Source: Zygnema circumcarinatum SAG 698-1b (Eukaryota > Plantae > Zygnematophyceae). Taken from it: 64,000 nucleotides of DNA. A program made the translations under genes and the position numbers. Where the stretch lies: NCBI GenBank assembly GCA_037447605.1, contig CM074823.1, positions 1,488,001 through 1,552,000 of the forward strand, in the 5' to 3' direction. Under the pieces are notes generated by a model. That model made no database searches and was not told where the DNA came from. It was given only the letters and a program-made list of their open reading frames with translations. Shown here in pieces: positions 49,078 to 59,477 of the stretch (the first letter of the stretch is position 1; each line of letters begins with the position of its first letter).

Positions 49078-51482
49078 TTAAGGCACGTCCGGTCTGTTCG
49101 CCGCATTCTGGGCATTCGTAGCATTGCCTTTCATGAACGTTGCCGGAACACCCATCGCAGTTTCTAGCGCCAGTGCGCCTGAAATGCAAAATCATTCCTT
49201 AGTCAGATTCTGAAAAGACAGTCGAAACTAAAAGGAAGTTAACAAGAAGAACAGCATTCAAGGCATGGAGATTCAAAGACCTCCCTCCGAGGGCCTTACT
49301 ATCCCTGTCCTTTTCAGTCGCTGACCCTCTATTGGGTAACTTTAACTCACCCAATCACTCACACACCCTCCTCTCCCCACCCCCCATTCGCCCTCTTCCT
49401 CCCATCCCTCCCACACCTTCCTCTCTCTCTCTAACCCTGCCCCTCCCTCTTCACCTCCCTCTACTCGCCCTCGTCCATTCTCATCGCCTCTCGCCTTCTC
49501 TCTCTCGCCTCTTCCACTCCTATCAATGGGGCCTTACAAAAGTACAGAATCTACGTACGTGCTTTTCTTCGGCGATAAAAAATGCAAAAAATGATGACCG
49601 AGACGAGGCCGAGGAAGAGCAGCACGCCGCCAACCACCACTATGACAATCACTACAATAGAAATTCCACCTTTGTTTGCATCTGCGCAATAGCAGGAGGC
49701 CAAGCATACGAACCATTAGCAGAATTCCGAATTTGGGTGTGCTTCAGAGAAGAAAAAAAAAGGGGCTTCTGGAAGGTCCTGGAAATGCGTAGGATTCGTG
49801 TCCTTTTATTCGTAAGAAAATAACAGGTGGCTATAGAAGCTGCAGCCAACGAGCGGAAGATTGAAATCCCAAGGAAGGACTCGTGGTGGATGAAGGGAGC
49901 GAAAGCGAGAGACGGGGAGAGATAGAGAGAGGCGGACGCGGAAAAAACGAGATAGAGAGAGGAGATACAATAGAGAGGAGAGTGAGGTGAGTAAGGGGAA
50001 GTAGTCAACGAAAGAGAGAAAGATGAATAGCCAAGGAAATTCAAAATTTTTGAAGGCAAGGTTCGTTAATATACCCTCTTTAATGCTTACAAAAAATTAT
50101 TAATGCTTATTGCTTATCACTGGATCAAGGAACACTTTGAAATTCGAATGAAACACCGCAGATATACTTCACTTTGCTATCAAGGAAACAGAAAAATTTA
50201 TGGAGCATGTGAAGAGAAAAATATCATACCTTCCCTTTGAAGGGCGCATGCTTTCGTTTCCATGTCGACTAAGGGATCTACAAGGAATTTCTGGCGATCA
50301 TTTCCGTAAATGTTCCAGGAATCTGCATGCGCGGCAATGACGAGATCGGTTCAGAGATCATCTTGCAAAACGCGAATGGATTGAGGACCTGCTGCGGAAT
50401 CTTGAAAGAAGTCGATCAGAGCTTCTGGCAGAGGAAGTAAAAATGTAGTGACCGAGATCAATGAAGCTTATTCAAAAAAAAAAAGAGGAAAAAAAATAGA
50501 AGAAAAGGGTTAAAGAATATTTAAAGTACAAGGAGAAATATGTACCGTGTGACAAGGTAGAGTTATTAGCCGAGCAAGCCTGGCCGATTCCGACGAATAG
50601 ACCAGTTCTGGAAATAACCCATCCATTCTTATTTTGTCCATTCCAAATATATCTGGGGTTCGCGGCCACCGACGCTAAACCCCTCGACATTTGGTAAGTG
50701 ATGACGTCACCGAGTCGATCATTCGGCGGGCTTCGAGAGCTTGGCCAGCAATCATCATAGCAATCTGACGTGTCATGTATCCAGATCGCTCCCCTTCCAG
50801 TAATTTCTCCGCACCCGCACGGACTCGAGACCTGCATAGAGAGAGCAAAGAAGTTGGAAAGAGGGCGGAGGGGGACAGGCACGGAAATTGAAAGTCAGAA
50901 ATGCACTAATGAACTGAAAACTGGAGAGAGTATAGGAAGCGATTCTCAAATGTGCGGAAAGAGATAGAGGTGCGGGAAGAATGTGCTCACATTGACTTCC
51001 TCATTGCTCGTTAGGAACACCGTTACATCGTTATCGCCCTCCGGCACTGAGTATAAAAGACGCAACGTTTCAATGTAAACTGAACCAACAAGGATGGGTA
51101 CACTATAGTTTAGTTCTATGATGCTCGGTATGGCATATGAGTTCGTTTGGCCAAATGTGACCTTGGTAGACGCTCTAGTTCTATTCGAGTCTTTGTACGT
51201 GCCCATAATGTTCCACCACTTCCGTACAGAGGGCTCTAAGGATTGGTCTGCCTTGTCTGAGTCAAGAGAAGTCAAGAAAGCCATGACGGTCTCCTGAGCC
51301 GTTGATTTGCTTGACCAGTCTCCGATGAACGCCACGTGTACGTTCATTCCCTTCGTAAGTATTTCTCCCCCTTCGTAACTCAGATTGCTGTACGGGTCGC
51401 TGGAGAGAAGCTGGGCTGAAAGAAGGAGAGGAGAGAGGGAGAGAGAGAGGAGGAGGAGGACGAGCGGGAGGTGGACAGCCAT
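49078..51482 (-). CDS. EXORDIUM/PHI-1-like protein with a signal peptide and a C-terminal transmembrane helix
   Basis: complement(join(49078..49178,49559..49681,50230..50322,50546..50831,50991..51482)); the last exon is uncertain. Signal peptide MAVHLPLVLLLLSLSLSPLLLSA. PHI-1-like blocks: LSYEGGEILTKGMNVHVAFIG, AFLTSL..PSVRKWWNIMGTY, VTVFLTSNEEVNV, CYDDCWP..PPND..DVITYQM..LASVAANP, SWNIYGNDRQKFLVDPLVDMETKAC. These are followed by ISIVVIVIVVVGGVLLFLGLVSVIIFCIFYRRRK. Confidence 0.75.
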
Positions 51483-51820
51483 GACAGGAGAGAGAACCGT
51501 GGGGAGGGCAGAGGGAAGGAGAGAGAGGCGAGGGGGAGAGACGGAGCGTAAGTTGTCAGGAGAGGGAAAGGGAACACACAGATAATGGGATGTGGCTAGG
51601 AGAGGAACAATGGGAGGAAAATAGAGACCAAGAGGGGGAGGACGAGCGGTAGAGAATAGACGAAGAGAGACGTTGGACGACGGAGCTAAATGGGCTAATA
51701 ATGGATTGGATGAGAGAGGAAGGATAAAGGACAGAGCGAGGGAAGGAGGAGAGTGGCTTGGAGGGCGGAGCAGATATCGGCAGCGAGAGAGGGCACGCAG
51801 GAACCACGATATATATATAT

Positions 51821-52101
<281 letters not shown>

Positions 52102-52306
52102 GAGGAAGAAAGAGGGGGAGGGTGAGAGCGCTTAGGAAGAGAGAGGGAGAGCAGAGAGAGAGAGGGAGAGGTCGAGAGAGAGTGCAGAGGGAGAGGGAGC
52201 ACAAGGGAGAGAGAGGGAGGCCCCCGTAGAGCCGAGGGGAGCAGCGGCGCGATTTAAAGTTACGAGATCCGACACGGAGACATCGCTTTGTCTTTGTTTT
52301 TTTTTA

Positions 52307-53194
52307 GGGTAGTGATATTTCCACCCCTTACAGTCTTTCTTCACGCTTCGGCAGATTTCAAATATCGTGTCGAGAAAATGCTATATCACCTTTTGGAATC
52401 GATACCCACCTTCTTCCGTCGGCTGATTTTATTTTTGCTAACCAAGGAAAATGATACCCCGTCACCGCATTTTGAATACTGTATCCCGCCTCCTGAATTT
52501 TTTCGAGGGAAAGAAATATCTGCCTGCCCGAATCCGCTCGTAGCGGAAGATCCGTCCGCCACGAGATCGTTCGCGGGTGTCCGTCCTTCACACGTGTGTG
52601 TCAATCGCAGCTGTCGATTCCCTCGCAGATCACACCACTGCAGATCACCGTTCGATCTGCAGCCGGGCTCGATCTTAGCGATTGGAAAGCGCCCACGAGT
52701 CCCGTCAAAGCCAAATCGCACGTGCGAGAGCGCTTGTCTCTCTGCCCGAGATCTCGTCATTTGTTTGCTCCCAGCCAATCATCATTTGCCACGTGTTACA
52801 TTTTTGACGTGGAAAATTTTGATTGGTCTAAGATCTGAATATACGAAATTTTGGGTTCCTTGTGAGGAATTGGCGGGATACGTGGGCACGTGCCATGCGC
52901 TGAGACCGAGCCCGGCTGCCGATCAAATAGTGATCTGCCGTGTTTCGATCTGCGAGGGAATCGACGGCTGCGATTGACCGCACGCGTGAAAAAAAATTCA
53001 GGTAGGCGGGATATTCAAATGGGGTGACGGGTTATCATTTTCCTTGTTTCGCAGAAATAAAATCTGCCGATGGAGGGTGGTATCGATTCCAAAAAGGTGT
53101 GCAAAAAGCATTTTCTGTTTTTGATCCCTTTTGAAATCTGCCCGGCCGGGAAGGGGTGTTTGGATGCAAAAAAGGGGTGGAAATATCACTACCC
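52307..53194. mobile_element. Foldback/Mutator-like non-autonomous element with very long TIRs
   Basis: Left GGGTAGTGATATTTCCACCCC..GGCAGATTTCAAA..TTTTGGAATCGATACC..CAAGGAAAATGATA.CCCGTCACC..CTGAATTTTTT is mirrored at 52980-53194. An inner mirrored arm (GTCAATCGCAGC.GTCGATTCCCTCGCAGATC..GCAGCCGGGCTCG) follows. TTTTTTTA flanks both sides. Confidence 0.85.
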
Positions 53195-53603
53195 TTTTTT
53201 TATTTAAATTTTTCTTCTGACCCGAATGAAGCTTCCCAAGGACGCTTGTGTTCCGTACTGCGATTTGTACAGATGCCCTTCGAATACTCGCCGATTGGCG
53301 AATAGTCGGATTCCGTCGATCGACGGTCAAGGGAAAAGATTTCCAAAGTCAAACCTGACACTTGTCGGTGCGTTGAGGTGACGCAACCCGCTACACCGAC
53401 ACATCTGGATATACTGACAACCTATTTCGATATATAGGCGATATATTTCGATATATTGATTATGGATGGGGATATACAACCTATGCCCGTCGCTCCGCAG
53501 GGCTGGTTCAAGGGTTGGTTTCTTGCTGGCTTGAGGATGTCAATGGGCCTCCCCTTGTCTGAGACTTGCGTTTGTTTTTTGGGGGAGCAATTCGACTTGA
53601 TAA

Positions 53604-53786
53604 GGGGGAGTCAGACCTTGACCATCGCTTACGGAATTCCCGAATTCCTTATACTAGAAGTCACTTCTTTCATGTACGAATTCCGGGTCGGGATCCGCGG
53701 CTCCGCCTGCCCCAGCCATACCGAAATGCGTACCTAGCTAAAGGCTTACGAAATTGATTTGGCGATGGTGAAGGTCAGACTCCCCC
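53604..53786 (-). mobile_element. G-family MITE (183 bp), uninterrupted copy
   Basis: TIRs GGGGGAGTCAGACCTTGACCATCGC / GCGATGGTGAAGGTCAGACTCCCCC. Confidence 0.85.
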
Positions 53787-54593
53787 TATAAGAGACTTAA
53801 TTTTAAGGTCCACTTCATAAAAGGCTTGCGCATCCCGTCACGTGCATGCCAGCCACCATCGACATCACAATGAGGCCAAACATCCGATCTGCCACGTAGG
53901 CAAAACTGCGAGATTAACTGAGTCCTACATTAGCAGTTATGTTCTCAAAAACTGAACTGCAAGGGACATGGAACACGTCACTACTCGACGCCTTCCCATT
54001 CGCCACTGTCCTCCAGATGAGACGTTGCTGACTCCGCGCCTCATGCTAATTCGTCGCGCCGACATCTCAGCAACAACCAACGTCCGTACTGTACCTCCAA
54101 AGTACTGTACATACAGTACAGTACTGTACCGAATCATGCATCATGTCACGCACGGAGATCGCGCCGCGATTCGCGTGCTGTCGCGACCAATCATGTTGCT
54201 TCACGCAAATCCGCCTCTCGCGTCCAAATCACCGAGTCCGTACATTTCCGCTTCATCTGTACTGTGGCGCGCCGTCCATTCGACCGCGCTCCATCCAATC
54301 AGGCGCATCCCGCGCGCCCCCTGTGGTACAGTCTAAGCCGAAGCCGTAAACCTACGACCCTAGACTTGCCTTAGACCTTGCCGTACCATGCCCTAACAAA
54401 ATGGGCAGCCCCCATGTTCGGTCCTATACCAAACATGACCATTCATGCATGACATTGTCCCAACACAACATTGTTCTCCTAGACAACACTCATGCGAGAA
54501 ACTAAGTACCAACAAACTTGATGTACCTATACATCAACAAAAATCATGATGTGGAACCACGAGGGACTGGTCGCAAAGGACCTAAACACAATA

Positions 54594-55374
54594 GGGGGAG
54601 TCAGACCTTGACCATCGCCAAATCAATTTCGTAAGCCTGTCGGGCGAATTAAGCATTGGCTAGGTACGCGTTTCGGTAAAGCTGTGTACGGAAGAGCCGC
54701 GGATCCCGACGCGGAATTCGTACACGAAAGAAGTGACTTCTAGTACAGTAGGGGGTCCTCATATTTTCCACCCTGGTTCCGGCCAATATGAGGCGAAAAT
54801 ATTAATTTTGCATATATAAGGTTCGTGTTACGAATAGACGGGCAGTATTAGGTTAGAGTTCATGTTGGATCGTACGTATCGTACCGTATGATATCGTACC
54901 GTATCGTACTGATTCGTTTAGTATCGTATCGTATCGTGCCATATCGTGACGCATAGACGTAATTTTCCGCTTTCTGTTGTTCGTCTCAGCTCGTACGGCT
55001 CGTACGGACAATACCCTATCGGGGCGATTCGTATCGTATCGCCTAGTATCGTGTCGCCTCGTATCGTATAGTATCGTACCGATCGTATTGTGTCATATCG
55101 TATCGTATCGAAGCCAGGAAGAAGGGGAGAAGAGCGAGCGCCTCTTACGGCGGCACGAGCGGGGAGATTAGGTGAGTTTTGCGTAAGCCCGTAACGGCTA
55201 GTACAGATAGTACGGACAGTACGGCTAACACAAGTTACCGTACAAAAAGGTGGTTTCGGCAAAATCGGGGCGAAAATATTGAGGACGCACTCCATAGGGT
55301 GGTAAATACGAGGACCCCCCACTGTAGAAGGAATTCGGGAATTTCGTAAGCGATGGTCAAGGTCTGACTCCCCC
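54594..55374 (+). mobile_element. G-family MITE interrupted by a CAGT-family MITE
   Basis: Same TIRs as the 53604 copy. The internal halves 54594-54745 and 55325-55374 join to reproduce the 53.6-kb copy. Confidence 0.85.
54746..55324 (+). mobile_element. CAGT-family MITE, full length, TA TSD
   Basis: TA|CAGTAGGGGGTCCTCATATTTTCCACCCT ... AGGGTGGTAAATACGAGGACCCCC.ACTG|TA, with internal (GTATC)n. Confidence 0.85.
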
Positions 55375-55822
55375 TAATAGAACAAAGCTAAGAGCGGAAA
55401 ACTACGCCTAGGCACAACAACGCAGCCCCTAGAAGCAGCCGCGAAGGTCACCGATGTGAGGCACGTCGCGAGGAGGGAGCGGCGGAAGTCCACCGACACG
55501 GCCACCGACACGGCCACCGACATGGCCACCGACAACCGCAGCACGCCGAAGAAGCGTATAAGCGAGGCGACGTTGAAGGGCGACGGAAATGCGCTGTCGA
55601 TACATGCGTATTCAGGATCGAAAAAAAGAAAGAAAAACTCTCATCAGTTCGAGACCCAAACGAGTAACATACTGTACAGTACTCTGGGGGATCGCGATCT
55701 GCTTGCAAAAGAGTTCAGTAGACCCCCCCAATATTTTCGCCATGGTTTCGGCAAATATTGGGCGAAAATATTGGGTAGCGAAAATATAAGGGTGTCCGTG
55801 TTAACAATAGGCGGGCGGTATT

Positions 55823-58205
55823 TGTTAGTGTACATAGTTAGTTCAGATTAGCATGTACTATGCATAGCAAGACACGAAGTAGTTTATTTAGGTTGTTTGA
55901 ATAAGGTTGTTGCATGCATGGTCCCGGCGCGTGTGACGTGACATGGTCACGTCACAGCCCCATACTATATAGTGAAAGTGGGTGTGTAAGTTAGAAACCT
56001 TCTTGATATGCATTGCAAGGCTATGGCAGTTTGAAGGCATGGCTTTGGCAACAGGAGGTGGACCTTTGTGAGGAGTCTCCGTGTGTGGAGAGCTGCCTCA
56101 CGTGAAGGTGAAGTGATCATGTGGTGAAAGCTTGACTAGGCTTATGGGGGCTTGAGTTGGAAAGCTTGTCATCATAAAGGAGTTTTAGGCTGGGAGCTTT
56201 CTCCTACGNNNNNNNNNNACAGGGCTATGGGTTTGATCGTTTTGAGACTGATACTTGTGTGTACTCAGTTGGCAAAGATGATGATAAGTTGTTTGTTGGG
56301 GTCTATGTGGATGACCTGATCATGATCAACAAGTCTCTTCGCAGCATTGCAGAGTTGAAGGAGCTCTTGCAGGAGAATTTCCAGATGACTGACCTTGGAG
56401 AGGCCCAATATCTCTTGGGGATCCAGCTGAAGAGGGGGCCAGATGGTTCACTATTCCTTTGTCAAAGGAAGTATGCAGAAGATGTGTTGCGGAAGTTCAA
56501 CATGTGGGAGTGCATGCCATGCACAAGTCCCATGGAGGCTGGAGTTCGCTTCACGAAGGAGATGTCCCCGTCTACAGAGGAGGAGGCAAAGGCAATGGCT
56601 GGAGTGCCATATCGATCTGCGATTGGGAGCCTCATGTATTTGATGACAGGCACGAGGCCTGTCCTTGCGAAAGCCATGAGCGACAGCGATTCATGGAGAA
56701 CCCGGCGAGAGCATTGGGAAGGAGTCAAGCGTATATTTGATTTCACGAAGGCGTGGATTATAGCCTCGAGGTTTGAGAGAGGACTGCTGGCGGGTCTATG
56801 GCTATCTGAGACGGCCGGGAGGGATTTGGATTCATCCCGCTCCACATGTCACGGATCACGTTTTCTTGAATGCGAGGTGGGGCCCATCCGCGTGGAACTC
56901 CACCTTGCAGTCTTCAGTGGCCCTCTCCAGCACTGAAGCAGAGTATATGGCAGCTTGCCATGCAGCCAGGGAGTGTGTATGGCTGCGGAACTTCTTTGGG
57001 GAGTGTGAGCGGCCTCAGCTCCCCTTACCACTCTTCCGCGGACAATCCCAGGTCCTCTATTGCTCTAATGGTGAATCCGGTGTTCCACAAGATGAGCAAT
57101 CATTTCCGGATCCAATACCATTACTTGAGACAGGAGGTGAGAGAGGTACTTGTCAGTATCAAGTTCATTGGAACGAGGAAGCGAGGAAAAGAGCCGATAT
57201 CTTTACGGCGAAAGCGTCGGTAAGGTGAAGACCTTGAGAGTTAATTCGGATCTCATTGTTGAGCAGGGGCCTCTCGGGAACTAAAGTGTAAAGAGGGGAA
57301 TATTTAGTGTACATAGTTAGTTCAGATTAGCATGTTTGTGTTGGTAGCTTAGTTCCTGGGGTGTGCCTAGGTGTAACATGTATGGCGGGGCGGACTTACT
57401 TAGTATTGCCGCGTCGGCGGAACGACCCCGGCGCATAACTACGTCACCGATAAATATGGACCGTATGGACCCGTCACGGTCGGTCTGGAGCCAATCTGGC
57501 CAGAATTGACATTTAATTGTGCAGCAGAATCGGTCATTGAATCGAGGAATGATCTTGTGGCCGGAAGACAGCGGAGTCGATGGAAGCGTGGGCGTACTTT
57601 GCGTCTGGAAGATAGTCCTTGTGGGTGGCAGTAGGGAAGTTCGGCTTCGTGATAGAGTACATAACCATCACGGGTTAGAAGCGATTGGTGTTGATGCGTT
57701 GCGGGCTGGAGTGTACCATACGCGCTTAAGACACAGAAGTAGTTTATTTAGGTTGTTTGAATAAGGTTATTTGCATGCATGGTCGGCGTGTGACGTGACA
57801 TGGTCACGTCACAGCCCATACTATAGTGAAAGTGGGTGTGTAAGTTAGAAACCTTCTTGATATGCATTGCGAGCTATGGCGGTTTGAAGGCATGGCAGCA
57901 GCGGGGGTGGACCTTTGTGAGGGAATATAAAATTATTGTGGAGGCTGCCTCCGTGGAAGGTGAAGTGATCATGTGGTGAAAGCGACTAGGCTTATGGGGG
58001 CTTGAGTTGGAAGCTTGTCATGTAAAGGAGTTTTAAATTTGGGAGCTTTCTCTACGTTTTCTATTATACTCTACGTGTGTGTATGCACGTGAGTGAAAAA
58101 TGAGTGAAAGTCTTTGCGGGCACCAGGAGGGATGTTTCCCTGGATAGTGAAGAGGGTGAAAGGGTGGAAGGTGAATTTGCTTCTCATCCCTCTGCCCCTC
58201 TCACA
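55823..58205 (+). mobile_element. Ty1/copia LTR retrotransposon (copia-1) inserted in a CAGT-family MITE
   Basis: Starts TGTTAG at 55823 and ends ...CTCACA at 58205, with a 5-bp TSD GTATT on both sides. The 5' LTR (55823 to the gap at 56209) matches the 3' LTR (~57301-58205). A PPT (AAAGAGGGGAA) ends at 57300. MITE sequence resumes after the TSD. Confidence 0.9.
56259..57200 (+). pseudogene. Copia reverse transcriptase/RNase H remnant, frameshifted
   Basis: GVYVDDLIM, DLGEAQYLLGIQ, LCQRKYAEDVLRKFNM, YRSAIGSLMYLMTGTRP, VALSSTEAEYMAACHAARECVWLR in successive frames. Confidence 0.9.
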
Positions 58206-58449
58206 GTATTATGTTAGAGTTTCACGTTGTCGTGCGCGTAAATAAATGCGTATTATCGAATATCACAGAAGAAAGAGGAGAGAGCGAGCGCCTCTTCTGG
58301 CGGCACCCCAGGGAAGAGTCGTTGAGCCGTAGCGGCTGAAGATGCGGCTTATGCGGCACCATTAGGCTAATGCAATTACGGCTGAATACGGTGGCTGGGC
58401 GAATGCGGCTAATACACGGCCCGAATGCGATTAGAGTCCTCGTATTTAC

Positions 58450-59428
58450 CACAGCGTGGAAGTGGGCTGCATTTCGACGGATCAGCGTCGGTTGAGTTGT
58501 ACTTGACATATGCCTCTTGATTAATCACGGACGGCGCCATCGAGGAATTGCCGGCAGAGAATGCGAGAAAGCGCCATGTGTCCAGCGGCCCGCAGACAGC
58601 GCACCATCGGCAAAGCACCAGCAGCCGCATAATACATGATTGTCATTTGTTGAAGCCCTATCATAAGGCTCCACGTAATCGATCGAGCCTCTCGGTAGGC
58701 AGTTGTATCGAAACATCGCTGCCTAAGACTCAGGATCTCTTTATGGAGTGATAAGTAGATGGGATGTCAGTGATGCTAGTTTGTCTTTTAGTGTTGGGCT
58801 TAGTATTTGTATTTGCTGTGTGGTTTGTGGTCTTGTTCTTCTTTTTCTGCCTCTTCAGCTCCAGCAACAGATGCTAAGTGAGAGAGAGAGAGAGAGAGTT
58901 CCATTGCATAGAGAGAAGAGAAAAGTCTTCTTACAAGCATTAGCATTTAGACATCCCATTGACTGACCCGGACAAAAGATTTAGGTGAAGAAGACACTTT
59001 CATTGTAATGATCGGTAATCGGCTAGGGTGATTTCCAAAACACAACCTTTATCTAAAAATTTGAGTCCTATTACCTTCTTGTCCCTTATGCCAAGCTACC
59101 ATCTTGTGATATCCTGCCTTACACTCTTCCCAATGACCGATGATAACTAGAAGTCTAGCGAAGAGAATAGCCGAAGAGAGGACAGGGGAAGAGAGCCCCC
59201 AAGGAAGGCTCTTTGGCGATCGAAGTCCAAATGCAAGGGGGAACATCTTCGTGATCCCCTTTACGTCACGCTACGGCATTCTCCTCAATCCCCTGATCCT
59301 AGCTCTATGCCGGGCAAAGCGCACTCCACAACACCAACACAACCCTTCATCAGTTTCAGCACGGACGCGCGAGTGGCCGTACAGCACCTGCAACTAGCTC
59401 AGCAGTCTCCCCTTAACCCCACTTATCT
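58450..59428 (+). mobile_element. Third copy of the family-A LTR, followed by a PBS
   Basis: Aligns by eye with 12622-13620 and 15958-16964 (e.g. GTAGATGGGATGTCAGTGATGCT, CTTAGTATTTGTATTTGCTGTGTGG, TTAACCCCACTTATCT). Confidence 0.8.
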
Positions 59429-59440
59429 TGGTATCAGAGC
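59429..59440 (+). other. Primer-binding site (tRNA-iMet) of family A
   Basis: TGGTATCAGAGC immediately after the LTR. Confidence 0.85.
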
Positions 59441-59477
59441 TGAAGGTTTGGCAGATCCACGTACCTTGATGCGTGAG

